This document shows positions 9,494 to 19,464 of a DNA stretch of 64,000 nt, piece after piece; position 1 is the first letter of the stretch, and the number at the start of each line of letters is the position of its first letter. The notes under the pieces were generated by a model that worked only from the letters and a program-made list of their open reading frames with translations, was not told where the DNA came from and did not search any database. The stretch comes from a virus. A program made the translations under genes and the position numbers. Location of the stretch: IMG/VR virus record IMGVR_UViG_3300035703_000033, positions 32,001 through 96,000 of that record. The stretch is one strand, 5' to 3'.

Positions 9494-10049
9494 CAAAACC
9501 AAATTTTTAAAGAAAGAAGTCAATTTTGACTTTGATATAAAAAATATAAAAGATATGTCTTTTAAAAAAGATGAGTTATTTTTTGTTGATAATGGAAATC
9601 TTAATAAAAATAACGAAATTGTTTATAAATCAAAAAATATATTTACTATATACAGCAGAGACATCCACAGCCTATATAAAAGTATATCTAGTCTATTAGA
9701 TGAATCTTGTGATTTATATGAAATAAAAAAAGATATACAGAACTATATGATTTATGGCAAAATTTCAGAGTATGGTGAACATAATAGAGGAATATGGTAT
9801 GATTTTCCAGGAATAAATATTCCATACTTACACGGGTTTTTCTTCTTTGACTCCAGCTATGAGGTTAACTTTAAAAATCAAAATAATTTAGTTAAAGAAT
9901 TAATAAATACCAATACAATTATTATCAATAAGCCGACAGATTTAATAAACATTAAATCAGAAAAAGAGTCAGAGGTAATTGAATTCTATATAGTCCCTAT
10001 TGATATGTTAAAACATAATGAACCAGGCGTATGGGTTCCAATATTATAA
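9474..10049 (+). CDS. degenerate 2OG-Fe(II) oxygenase-like protein
   Basis: WYDFPG..LHGFFFFD pattern where HxD..SGxYY is expected; island context. Confidence 0.35.
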   Translation: MMNQVYSKTKFLKKEVNFDFDIKNIKDMSFKKDELFFVDNGNLNKNNEIVYKSKNIFTIYSRDIHSLYKSISSLLDESCDLYEIKKDIQNYMIYGKISEYGEHNRGIWYDFPGINIPYLHGFFFFDSSYEVNFKNQNNLVKELINTNTIIINKPTDLINIKSEKESEVIEFYIVPIDMLKHNEPGVWVPIL

Positions 10050-10064
10050 AACAAATGATATAAT
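10036..10064 (+). promoter_or_regulatory. sigma70-type promoter for the oxygenase array
   Basis: TTCCAA-17 bp-TATAAT with extended TG (TGATATAAT). Confidence 0.55.
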
Positions 10065-10084
10065 CATATCCAAGAGAAAGAGGC

Positions 10085-10786
10085 GTGATGTTAGAAAATG
10101 CAGAGTACCTAGCAACTGGAATAGTTGTATATAGAGATGTTTTTAAAAAGGAACATAACTATGTAGAGAGATTAGAAAAGGCTTTAGGGTCAGTAGAAGA
10201 AAATAGATACGGTTGGAAGCCAGGGTATACTGGCTACGGAGCAAAAAATCTTAATTATAGAGATTGTTTTGATTTTAAGATTAAGCATAATGAAGACGGC
10301 TCTCTAAGCGCACATATGGACTGTATTAAAAAAGAAGATCAAAACGAAACAGACAAAGATTTAATTAGAATTTGGGATGATGCATATTATGCACAGGTTC
10401 CACCAGTTGACGACTATAGAAGTATGTTTAGCCTGGCACCATTAAAATATTGGGAATCTTTTAATTTTATTAAGTATGGACCAGGACAGCATTTCCAGGT
10501 ACATTCAGATCATGGATATTCTTATACGTGTGTTCTTTCTTCAGTTGGGTATTTAAATGATGATTATGAAGGCGGAGAGCTTTATTTTGATAAGCTTAAC
10601 CTAAAGATTAAGCCAAAAGCAGGAGATCTTTATCTATTCCCATCTTCATATGTATACTCTCATGCTGCAATGCCAGTCACCTCTGGTACTAAGTACTCTA
10701 TAGTTACAATGTTAGATTATTTAGAAACAGCACATACTCCAGAATATAGAAACCTGGAAGCAAGATACTCTAAAAGCCTTCTTTAA
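10085..10786 (+). CDS. 2OG-Fe(II) oxygenase, prolyl-4-hydroxylase-like
   Basis: HSD; YLNDDYEGGEL; H..PVTSGTKY. Confidence 0.9.
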   Translation: MMLENAEYLATGIVVYRDVFKKEHNYVERLEKALGSVEENRYGWKPGYTGYGAKNLNYRDCFDFKIKHNEDGSLSAHMDCIKKEDQNETDKDLIRIWDDAYYAQVPPVDDYRSMFSLAPLKYWESFNFIKYGPGQHFQVHSDHGYSYTCVLSSVGYLNDDYEGGELYFDKLNLKIKPKAGDLYLFPSSYVYSHAAMPVTSGTKYSIVTMLDYLETAHTPEYRNLEARYSKSLL

Positions 10787-11481
10787 TGTATTCTATAACA
10801 GCCTATAATATAGGAGGTTTAGCTACCATTAGTCAGTCTCCAGTAAAAAGAGATTGGATGGAAGATACATATGATAAGCATGCCTATAATTGTTTCCCAG
10901 TAACAATTACAAATTCATTAGGGTGGAGCATATCTTTTCCAGAAGAAATTTCTTTTATTTGGGATGGCATATCAGATAGTTCAGCAGACCACGTTAAAGT
11001 TTTAAGTGGAGAAAAGTATGTTTCAACTAGAAGAGCTAATGGAACCATAAGCTTTAATTCTGGATTTGGTTTTAAAACACAAAATGACTTAAGCTTGTTA
11101 TGCATGCCAACACCAAACCAGTTTATAAGGGGTGCTCAATGTTTTACTACTTTAATATCAACATCTTTTTTTAATGGAGACTTCCCTATAGTTTGGAAAA
11201 TTACTGAGCCTATGATAAAAATAGTAATTCCTGCAAACACGCCAGTTGCTAATATTATTCCTATATCTTTAACAGAATTACAAAATTCTGAAATAAATTT
11301 TGAACCAGTAAGCAATATGCCATCCAGTAAATGTCCACCAGAATTTGCTATAAAAGCTGTTGAGAAAGCATACCAGACTGGCGGATGGACAAATTTTTAT
11401 AGAGATGCAGTAGATGCATGCGGGAACAGTATTGGGTCGCATGAAATAAAATCAATAAGATTGAAGGTAAATAATGCCTAA
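10786..11481 (+). CDS. DUF6065-like protein
   Basis: RDWM..AYNCFPVTITNSLGW signature; IPANTPVANIIP. Confidence 0.65.
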   Translation: MYSITAYNIGGLATISQSPVKRDWMEDTYDKHAYNCFPVTITNSLGWSISFPEEISFIWDGISDSSADHVKVLSGEKYVSTRRANGTISFNSGFGFKTQNDLSLLCMPTPNQFIRGAQCFTTLISTSFFNGDFPIVWKITEPMIKIVIPANTPVANIIPISLTELQNSEINFEPVSNMPSSKCPPEFAIKAVEKAYQTGGWTNFYRDAVDACGNSIGSHEIKSIRLKVNNA

Positions 11482-12187
11482 AATAACATTTCATTCAAAT
11501 AAAACTTATAATCAACCAGGACATGAATTAAATCCTAAACCAGCAAAGAAGAGCGTTCCTCAATGGTTTTCCGAATCAAGCAGGTACTGGTTTCCAGAAG
11601 TAAAAGACTCTCTTTCATTTAAAGCTTGCCCAGCATTAGTAGATGCATTTCTTGCAGGTTATGTTTTAAAAACTCCATGCGACATATATTTCCAAAAAGA
11701 GTCTAGCTCTGATGTTTTTAAGCACACTGATATATTTAAAGTTTATAAAGAACCAGGATATGATGATTTTTGTTGTTCAAGACCAGATATGCCAGGGTTT
11801 CCCAAGCCACACGGATTTGATAAACATTTTCATTGGTTTCCTAATTGGATGCCAGGGCTTGAGCCAGGCTACAGCGCTTTATATGTTCATCCATTAAATC
11901 GTTTTGATCTACCGTTCATCACCGTCTCTGGTATAATTGATAACGATAAGATGAATACCCCTGGTTTAATGCCTTTCTTCCTTAAAGAAGGTTTTGAAGG
12001 TCTGATTCCAAAGGGAACTCCATTTGTTCAGATAATTCCATTTAAAAGAGAAGATTGGGAATCAGAAGAGCAGATGTATTCCATAGAAGAGATATTTGAA
12101 AGACATAATTATCAAGCAAATAAGTTTAGAGTTCCAGAGGGCGGGGCTTATAAGAAAAAAGTTTGGTCAAGAAAGAGGTATGATTAA
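11474..12187 (+). CDS. DUF6065-related protein (possible dUTPase-like fold)
   Basis: KACPALVDAFLAGY; HPLNRFDLPF; SGIIDND; IPKGTPFVQIIPF. Confidence 0.55.
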   Translation: MPKITFHSNKTYNQPGHELNPKPAKKSVPQWFSESSRYWFPEVKDSLSFKACPALVDAFLAGYVLKTPCDIYFQKESSSDVFKHTDIFKVYKEPGYDDFCCSRPDMPGFPKPHGFDKHFHWFPNWMPGLEPGYSALYVHPLNRFDLPFITVSGIIDNDKMNTPGLMPFFLKEGFEGLIPKGTPFVQIIPFKREDWESEEQMYSIEEIFERHNYQANKFRVPEGGAYKKKVWSRKRYD

Positions 12188-12906
12188 TGAATATGAAACG
12201 TTGGGACACTAGCGGTAATTTAGCTAACTTTAATGCTAAGTCTATAACTCCATCTGGATTTTTTGGAGATTCAGATAAAAATATAGTTGAGGTTGAAGAT
12301 TTTATTACAGAAGAAGAAAATAATATATTTTTAGAGTTTGCAAGAAAAAATTCTTCTTTTGATGAAACACCAACAGAGTTTAATGAAAATGGCAATCTTA
12401 TTTATGACGAAAGACCGTGGGTAAATAGAGTAGCAACTGGAGAGACTCTATTGAAGAGTGGACCACACGTGATACCAGTTCTTACACATATGGTTACAAG
12501 ATTTCAAAAAATAATTGAAGATTTTTTTGATGTAGAAGTTACTCCTACAGGACCAGCAATTGTTAGGTGGCCAGTTGGAGCAAGACAAGAGCCACATGCA
12601 GATAAAGAGTTGCATGAGGGCCCAGATGCAGGAAAACCAAATTCTTTCCCGTGGTATGATATTGGAACTGTTTTTTATTTTAATGATGATTATGAGGGTG
12701 GAGAATTATATTTTCCAAAACAAGGTGTTGAGTTTAAGCCAAAAGCACGAGCTGCATATTTTTTCCCAGGCGATATGAACTATATTCATGGAGTAAGGCC
12801 AATAACAAAGGGATGTAGATACACTGCTCCATATTTTTGGACAATAAATAAGTTACCAGAAAAATATAATGGCCCAAAGGAGTTTAATTATGTGCCACAT
12901 AACTAA
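12187..12906 (+). CDS. 2OG-Fe(II) oxygenase, prolyl-4-hydroxylase-like
   Basis: HAD; YFNDDYEGGEL; HGVRPITKGCRY. Confidence 0.9.
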   Translation: MNMKRWDTSGNLANFNAKSITPSGFFGDSDKNIVEVEDFITEEENNIFLEFARKNSSFDETPTEFNENGNLIYDERPWVNRVATGETLLKSGPHVIPVLTHMVTRFQKIIEDFFDVEVTPTGPAIVRWPVGARQEPHADKELHEGPDAGKPNSFPWYDIGTVFYFNDDYEGGELYFPKQGVEFKPKARAAYFFPGDMNYIHGVRPITKGCRYTAPYFWTINKLPEKYNGPKEFNYVPHN

Positions 12907-13615
12907 ACATAAGGAAGAATGTTTTACAATTGAGCATTTTTTAACAGAAGAAGAATGTAAAGCTATTATTTCGTATACGGAGTGGTTAGCTAGCAATAAC
13001 ATTTTAGAGTGGAATCAAATATCGTTTTATGATTCATTTGCAATGGGCTTTTGGGAAGAGGATCCAACTGGTGGCTGTGAGTTATTTGGACTTCCCAAAA
13101 ATTATTTTCATGGTGTTTTAAAACAAAAAATAAAAGATGCTTGTGAAAATGCTTTAGGAAAAGATTTAGCTGAGGTTAGTTATCATGCTCAAAAATGGAA
13201 AGATGGAGCATATGCATCATTTCATTCCGATAACTCTGACGAGCATGGAAACCCTTCAGAGTTTGAAAGAAGTAAGTATGCTGCATTTATCTATCTTAAT
13301 GAAGACTTTAAAGGTGGAAATTTAAATTTTAAACATCACGATGTAAACATAAAACCAAAAGCTGGTATGCTTGCAGTTTTTGCAGGCGGGTATACAAATG
13401 AACATGAAGTTACAAAAGTTCATGGAGGTACTCGTTATACCGTAGGATCATTTTGGGATAACGCAGATGCTGTTTATACTGAAGAGCAAATTAAAGAAAG
13501 AGAAGAAAGATTAAAGAAAACTAGAGCTGAGCAAGATTTAACTTATCAGCAGTGGGCAAAGCAAAAAGAATTGGGAATAACTCAAGACTATGTTGGAAAA
13601 TACGGTGAAGTATGA
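12869..13615 (+). CDS. 2OG-Fe(II) oxygenase, prolyl-4-hydroxylase-like
   Basis: HSD; YLNEDFKGGNL; HEVTKVHGGTRY; start position uncertain. Confidence 0.9.
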   Translation: MAQRSLIMCHITKHKEECFTIEHFLTEEECKAIISYTEWLASNNILEWNQISFYDSFAMGFWEEDPTGGCELFGLPKNYFHGVLKQKIKDACENALGKDLAEVSYHAQKWKDGAYASFHSDNSDEHGNPSEFERSKYAAFIYLNEDFKGGNLNFKHHDVNIKPKAGMLAVFAGGYTNEHEVTKVHGGTRYTVGSFWDNADAVYTEEQIKEREERLKKTRAEQDLTYQQWAKQKELGITQDYVGKYGEV

Positions 13616-14469
13616 ATAGAATAGAAATTTATCCAAGAGTAGTTGTGTATAAAAATACGCTACCTAGATGGAAAGAGTATGTAGATCTTTTAAAAAAGTC
13701 TGAATCAGAGCCACCAAGATACTACTTCAAGGATTGGGAAGATTGGTATGGTTTTGGAAAAATGATGAATCTATCAATGAATAATCCAAATGTTTCATAC
13801 AATATTGATTCTGATGATGAATATGCAAAACTACAGCAAGATTTTTTACAAGATGTAACAGATGCCTATTATAATGTTACAGCAGATTATGTAAAAACAT
13901 ACGGCATCTCTTTACCAAATTGGGTCAATAATGGTATATCGATTTGCAAATATTGGGAAAGCCCTAAGCAAAATGAAATGGCAATGCACTATCATACAGA
14001 TTATGTTGGCGCAAATGCAGATGCCCCAGGTAAAAAATTTGCTATTACTTGTACAATTTATATTAATGACGATTATGATGGCGGAGGACTATCATTTCTA
14101 AGGGAGGATACTGGTGATGTTATTGACTATAAGCCAGAGGCTGGAGATATAGTTGTATTCCCATCAGGAGATCCTATTACTGGAGCTTCTCATTATTTCC
14201 ACGGCGTAGATAGAGTCGATAATGGAGAAAAGTATTTTATAAGATGTTTTTGGTCATATGAGTTTGAAGGTACAAAAGAGTGGCATGAAGGTGTTGAAAA
14301 GTATGGAAAAGATATATGGGAAGATATGCAGCTTGAAAAAATGAAAGAGGATATAAAGTCTGGTAAATGGCATAGATATCTTGTCATGCCTGGTGAGGAA
14401 GACCCAAAGAAAGAAAGGTCTACCCCATTCTTTTTAAGGGATAAAGATGCTTATAAAAAAATTAGATGA
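13612..14469 (+). CDS. 2OG-Fe(II) oxygenase, prolyl-4-hydroxylase-like
   Basis: HTD; YINDDYDGGGL; HGVDRVDNGEKY. Confidence 0.9.
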   Translation: MNRIEIYPRVVVYKNTLPRWKEYVDLLKKSESEPPRYYFKDWEDWYGFGKMMNLSMNNPNVSYNIDSDDEYAKLQQDFLQDVTDAYYNVTADYVKTYGISLPNWVNNGISICKYWESPKQNEMAMHYHTDYVGANADAPGKKFAITCTIYINDDYDGGGLSFLREDTGDVIDYKPEAGDIVVFPSGDPITGASHYFHGVDRVDNGEKYFIRCFWSYEFEGTKEWHEGVEKYGKDIWEDMQLEKMKEDIKSGKWHRYLVMPGEEDPKKERSTPFFLRDKDAYKKIR

Positions 14470-15061
14470 GAATATTATCTATTATGAAAATGTATTAGAT
14501 AACCCATATGAATTTATTGAAAAAATAGAAAGTTTAGATATATCTAATAATAATTCAAGCCATATTAGCAAGTGGGAAAAGTGGAGTGCAAGTAATGCTG
14601 ATCAGCAGTACGGCATTTCTAAAAATGGTAGATTTTCTAATATGCATTACAGCACTGCGGAAGATATAGAAACCTCATTAATTTCGTATAAAATTAAAGC
14701 AATATCTGATTTATGTTTTGCTAACTATAAAGCTAACACTGGAGTGGATATGCTTAAGTTACCAGATTACTTTAGTATTAGGAAGTATGATACTGGAGCA
14801 GACATGGGAAAGCACGTGGATTCAGAGGATCCAACAGATAAGTCTCACCCAGTAGTTTCTGGAGTTCTTTATTTAAATGATAATTACGAGGGTGGAGAAA
14901 TTTACTTTCCAGAACAAGAAATTAAAATAAAGCCAAAAGCTGGAAGTATGATCATGTTTCCATCCTATAGACCATACTTTCATCACCCATTAGCAATTAC
15001 TAAAGGAAATAAATACATGATTCCATTTTTCTGGTATCCATTAGAAACGGTTTGGGAATAA
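14447..15061 (+). CDS. 2OG-Fe(II) oxygenase, prolyl-4-hydroxylase-like
   Basis: HVD; YLNDNYEGGEI; HHPLAITKGNKY. Confidence 0.9.
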   Translation: MLIKKLDENIIYYENVLDNPYEFIEKIESLDISNNNSSHISKWEKWSASNADQQYGISKNGRFSNMHYSTAEDIETSLISYKIKAISDLCFANYKANTGVDMLKLPDYFSIRKYDTGADMGKHVDSEDPTDKSHPVVSGVLYLNDNYEGGEIYFPEQEIKIKPKAGSMIMFPSYRPYFHHPLAITKGNKYMIPFFWYPLETVWE

Positions 15062-15068
15062 ATGTATA

Positions 15069-15728
15069 ATGAAAGCAAAACAAAATTTTTGGTCAACTCT
15101 ATATGAAAGGTCACAAACAAAAATGATGTACTTACCCAATGTTCTTGGAGATAGCTGTGTTTATTTTAGAAATACTATCTCTGAACCACAAAAATTAATA
15201 GAATTTATTGAAGAGTGCGAAAAAGATCAATCAACACATAAGTACCTAACCAGCTGGTCAGAGATGACTGACTCTATTATGTTTAAAAAGTTTTTGCTTG
15301 AAGAAAGCGATATATCAAAAAGGAATAAACAAAAGCTTCTTTATATATATAATAGCTTTAAGGCTGGGATAGACTATTGTAAAGAACATTATTCTAATTT
15401 TGCTAAACAAGAAACATCAGATATAAAGCCTTTATATCTATTTAAGTCTAAGCCACTATCAGAAGGAGAAAGAGATCAGGAGTACTCTTTGCCAGATAGC
15501 TCACAATCTATTTCTGTTTATTTGATGATGAATACAGAAGCTGAAGGTAAGGCATTCTGTTTAAATAAAGAAAAGTCTATATATATCTACCCAGAGCCAT
15601 GGAGTATTGTTATGGTTCCAGATAATCTTTCACACTCAGAAGGCATCAATGCTAATAGTGAGTTGTATTATTTAAAGACAAAGTTTGAGCTAGGGGCAGA
15701 AAAGCTGCAATGCAGTAATCTGCTATAA
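15069..15728 (+). CDS. degenerate 2OG-Fe(II) oxygenase paralogue (no HxD)
   Basis: N-terminus like its neighbours (YFRNTISEPQKLIEFIE); SVYLMMN..PEPWSIVMVP..H; HxD absent. Confidence 0.5.
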   Translation: MKAKQNFWSTLYERSQTKMMYLPNVLGDSCVYFRNTISEPQKLIEFIEECEKDQSTHKYLTSWSEMTDSIMFKKFLLEESDISKRNKQKLLYIYNSFKAGIDYCKEHYSNFAKQETSDIKPLYLFKSKPLSEGERDQEYSLPDSSQSISVYLMMNTEAEGKAFCLNKEKSIYIYPEPWSIVMVPDNLSHSEGINANSELYYLKTKFELGAEKLQCSNLL

Positions 15729-15729
15729 T
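15721..15729 (+). promoter_or_regulatory. extended -10 promoter, leaderless
   Basis: TGCTATAAT, 6 nt before ATG 15736; no SD. Confidence 0.6.
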
Positions 15730-15735
15730 TAAATA

Positions 15736-17421
15736 ATGTCATATTTAGCATCAGTACTCAAAGACTACCCAGTGGGATTCTGGCCACTTTCTTCAAGTGC
15801 AGAGGATAAGTCTGGATGCGGAAATGACGGGGTTGTAAGTGGCACACATCAGTTCGGCAAAAATTCTTTAATACCGTACTCTGGTGAATCAACAAGAATA
15901 GCTGGATCATCGTATATATCAATACCGCTAGATAAAGATTATTATTCTTCTTCTGTTTTGCCAGCAATTGCAAATAGCTCAAGTTCAACAAAAGAGTTTA
16001 CTATAGAGCTATGGTTTAAGCCAGAGTCTGATTTCTTACAAGAGTCTCCTTTGTTTGCTGACGTACTAAACGGCACTGGAATTTTTTATCAAAACGGTAA
16101 TATAATATTTAAAATAGAAGACGTTTCGTTAGAGTATACATTAAGCAATATAAATAAATCTTTATATATCGCATGTATTTATGGTGTTAATAGTATGTCA
16201 ATATATGTTGACGGAGAAATTGTTGCTACAAAAAATACAGACGGTTTTAAATTTGAGGCAGAGGGTGTAGATTTTCAGGTTGGCCCAGTCGTTGGACCGT
16301 CGGATTCATTTTTAATTAATGGAATTTCTGTTTACAGGTATGCATTAAGCTCAGATCAAATATATGGAAGATTTTCTAACTTATATAATATACCTCCAAT
16401 ACAAATAGCAGATCCAAATAATGGTTCATTATTTGAGATTAAAAATAAGGCATATGGTAGAAAATTTACATTTAGTTATCCAATCGATAAAGACTGGTCA
16501 GAAATAGCAGAAAGCCCTGTAAGGCGCAATGAAGGTTACGGGTACATAGAACTAAGCCAAACTGATGGCGAGGTCTCTAAAGAGCTTATAGACGTTCTAT
16601 CAATACCATCTATGGAAGAGTACAACCACTCAGTAATAGAATGGGAGGGAGACAATGGAGTATCAATCTATATATCTCAAGATAACTCTACTTTCAATGA
16701 ATGCAAAAATGGTCTTCCTCTTCCAATATCTGATTTTACAAAAAGTGTTATTTATTTAAAGATAAAATTTACTTCAAGTAATGCTCAGCGCTTTAATCCA
16801 AGATTACATAAATTAAATATATCTTTCTTTAAAGATGTAAGAATTTATTCAGAAAATAGCGCCAGCTATATTGCAAAGTCAACGGGCGGAAGCCATGATT
16901 TTGGTTTCACGTGGAACAATAAGCCAATACTCTCACAGTCTAAATATAACGGTCTACGGGCAGAGGCTAAATTCAGTTTATACACAGACAGAGATGTCCA
17001 TACCCTAGAAACCTTTTATACACCAGATTCTCTTGAGGCAGGATCATTATTTGATCAGCTTTCATGGAATGGGGCGGGAACACTAAGTAATCCCAATATC
17101 CTAGCCCTATATATCAACGGAGAAGACAAGACATCAGAAACATCAGTCTCTGGCTTATTTGAGGTAGGACAATTACACCATGTTGTAGTAGTCCTATCAG
17201 ACTCAATTACTGAAGAAATAGTATTTAATGATGGATCAAATGAGGCCCTATATCAGTATATAACCATATATGAGAGCCAAATGGATGCAGTTACTGCACA
17301 GGCTCATTATGAGATGTATGTGGATAGTGTCTCTACTATTGCCGTCGGCGGGTCACTGTCAATGACAGAAAATTCAATAAACTACTATGATAATGATTGG
17401 GTAGTGATACAAAATATTTAA
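15736..17421 (+). CDS. LamG/concanavalin-A-like domain minor structural protein
   Basis: PVGFWPL; FTIELWFK; SIYVDG; VYRYALSSDQI; second HHVVVV module. Confidence 0.7.
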   Translation: MSYLASVLKDYPVGFWPLSSSAEDKSGCGNDGVVSGTHQFGKNSLIPYSGESTRIAGSSYISIPLDKDYYSSSVLPAIANSSSSTKEFTIELWFKPESDFLQESPLFADVLNGTGIFYQNGNIIFKIEDVSLEYTLSNINKSLYIACIYGVNSMSIYVDGEIVATKNTDGFKFEAEGVDFQVGPVVGPSDSFLINGISVYRYALSSDQIYGRFSNLYNIPPIQIADPNNGSLFEIKNKAYGRKFTFSYPIDKDWSEIAESPVRRNEGYGYIELSQTDGEVSKELIDVLSIPSMEEYNHSVIEWEGDNGVSIYISQDNSTFNECKNGLPLPISDFTKSVIYLKIKFTSSNAQRFNPRLHKLNISFFKDVRIYSENSASYIAKSTGGSHDFGFTWNNKPILSQSKYNGLRAEAKFSLYTDRDVHTLETFYTPDSLEAGSLFDQLSWNGAGTLSNPNILALYINGEDKTSETSVSGLFEVGQLHHVVVVLSDSITEEIVFNDGSNEALYQYITIYESQMDAVTAQAHYEMYVDSVSTIAVGGSLSMTENSINYYDNDWVVIQNI

Positions 17422-17446
17422 TTTTGTCATATAGCATGACAAGATA

Positions 17447-17475
17447 TGGACTTTGGCACTATAAAGTGGTAGAAT
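17447..17475 (+). promoter_or_regulatory. promoter for the portal operon
   Basis: TGGACT-17 bp-TAGAAT with extended TG; inverted repeat ttgtcat/atgacaa at 17424-17442. Confidence 0.55.
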
Positions 17476-17484
17476 AGTCAACAT

Positions 17485-17826
17485 ATGGATATCAAAAGAA
17501 CTGGATTTAAAGTTAATGACCACGAGTCAACGCTTGGCATATACGTTTGGAAAATGCCAGATGGAAGATGGATTGGCGACGACGATGGAAATTTTCTTTC
17601 TATAACCTCAAAAGAAGGTAATAGAGAAAGAATGAACTTGCTTGCTGACGCAGTTAGATCATACGGTATTTATGAAGGACAACCTCACTTTTTATCTGGT
17701 CGTAGAAAGATTGATGACGAAGAATTTGAGTATCAACAGCAGAGATTGAAATGGGGTCTAACTCCAGATCCTCTTGATATTGGTGTATACAAGGATAGTC
17801 TTAAGGAGTTAAACGGTGGCAAATAA
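17485..17826 (+). CDS. hypothetical protein preceding portal
   Basis: Intact ORF behind a promoter, overlapping the portal start. Confidence 0.6.
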   Translation: MDIKRTGFKVNDHESTLGIYVWKMPDGRWIGDDDGNFLSITSKEGNRERMNLLADAVRSYGIYEGQPHFLSGRRKIDDEEFEYQQQRLKWGLTPDPLDIGVYKDSLKELNGGK

Positions 17827-19411
17827 TATGATGGAATTTGAAGATGAAAACAACTCTGTCGAAGAGATTGAGATTTCAAATACAGCAGACTGGATGAAGT
17901 TCTCTTCTCCAGTTGTGCAAACAAGCAATGATCCATTTAAGATTGAAAATGAAGAAATTTTAAAGGTATCAGGAATGTCTCCTACTTTCAGAAGAAAAGT
18001 AAGTAGAGATTTGCAAAAACGTTTTACTGGAATTGATGGAGCACAGACACAGCAAAATCTTTTACAGCAGGCAGTCACTGGCTATGCAATGTTTGATTTG
18101 GTTGAGCCACCATATAACCTTGAATACCTATCTTCTATTTATGAAATATCTCCATATAACTACGCAGCTATTAATGCGAAGGTGGCAAATATTGTAGGAT
18201 TAGGTTTTGATTTTATTGAAACAAGAAAAACAAATGATGCTCTTGATGAAATTGCAGATGAGAAGCAATTAGAAAGAGCACGACGAAAGCTAAGCAGAAT
18301 TAGACAAGATCTACATGAGTGGCTTGAAGATTGCAATGATGAAGAAACATTTAAAGAAACATTAATTAAGTTTTATACCGACGTTGAGTCTACAGGAAAT
18401 GGATATCTTGAAATCGGAAGAACTACATCTGGAAAGATTGGATATATTGGACATATCCCATCCAAGACAATGCGTGTAAGAAGATTACGTGATGGTTTTA
18501 TTCAGTTGCTTTATGGCAAGGCTGTGTACTTTAGAAACTTTGGCGATCAGGAAACACCAAATCCTATAGCTGGTGGACTTGATAGACCAAATGAAATTAT
18601 TCATTTGAAGAAGTATACCCCTAAGAATAACTACTATGGAATTCCAGATATTATTGCTGCTCAAAATGCAATGGCTGGAAATGAGTTTGCAGGAAAGTAC
18701 AACCTAGATTATTTTGAAAATAAGGCAGTTCCAAGATATATTATTACTGTTAAGGGTGCAAAGCTTTCATCAGAGTCAGAGCGTAAGTTGCTTGAATTTT
18801 TCCAAGTAGGATTGAAGGGTAAAAACCACAGATCTCTGTACATACCTCTTCCAGCAGATTCTCCAGACTCAAAGGTTGAATTTAAAATGGACCCAATTGA
18901 GGCGGGGTCTCAAGAGTCATCATTTAATATTTATCGTACATCAAATAGAGATGAAATATTAATGGCTCATAGAACTCCTATTAATAAGATAGGAACACCA
19001 GCTGGTGTTAATTTGGCAGCAGCTAGAGATGCCGATAAAACATTTAAAGAGCAGGTTTGCAGACCAGCTCAAGAAAATTTAGAAAAGAAATTAAATAAAA
19101 TTATTGAAGAAATGACTGATGCCTTGAAATTAAAATTCAATGAATTAACCTTGACAGATGAGGATACTCAGTCAAAAATTGATGAAAGATATTTAAGATT
19201 CCAGGTAATGACACCTAATGAAATTAGATTAAGAATGGGTCTTGTGCCAAGAGAAGGCGGAGATAAACCAGTAGATTTAGCAGCCCAGGCTGCTGAGGTT
19301 AAAGCTCAGGCACTTCAGACCAGAACTAGAGACCAGGAAAGATCCTCTAACTCCCCAGATATTTCGGGGGATGGTAGAAATGCAAAGGGAGATGGAAGAC
19401 AAGTTGAGTAG
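17816..19411 (+). CDS. portal protein (PBSX/HK97-like)
   Basis: GNGYLEI; EIIHLK..YYGIPD; YFENKAVP; MTPNEIR; position before protease and capsid. Confidence 0.92.
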   Translation: MANNMMEFEDENNSVEEIEISNTADWMKFSSPVVQTSNDPFKIENEEILKVSGMSPTFRRKVSRDLQKRFTGIDGAQTQQNLLQQAVTGYAMFDLVEPPYNLEYLSSIYEISPYNYAAINAKVANIVGLGFDFIETRKTNDALDEIADEKQLERARRKLSRIRQDLHEWLEDCNDEETFKETLIKFYTDVESTGNGYLEIGRTTSGKIGYIGHIPSKTMRVRRLRDGFIQLLYGKAVYFRNFGDQETPNPIAGGLDRPNEIIHLKKYTPKNNYYGIPDIIAAQNAMAGNEFAGKYNLDYFENKAVPRYIITVKGAKLSSESERKLLEFFQVGLKGKNHRSLYIPLPADSPDSKVEFKMDPIEAGSQESSFNIYRTSNRDEILMAHRTPINKIGTPAGVNLAAARDADKTFKEQVCRPAQENLEKKLNKIIEEMTDALKLKFNELTLTDEDTQSKIDERYLRFQVMTPNEIRLRMGLVPREGGDKPVDLAAQAAEVKAQALQTRTRDQERSSNSPDISGDGRNAKGDGRQVE

Positions 19412-19428
19412 TCCTGCTCAACCATTAT

Positions 19429-19457
19429 TTGCCTTTTTATATATAGCATATTAAAAT
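19429..19457 (+). promoter_or_regulatory. promoter, leaderless
   Basis: TTGCCT-17 bp-TAAAAT, 7 nt before ATG 19465; no SD. Confidence 0.6.
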
Positions 19458-19464
19458 TAACTAT

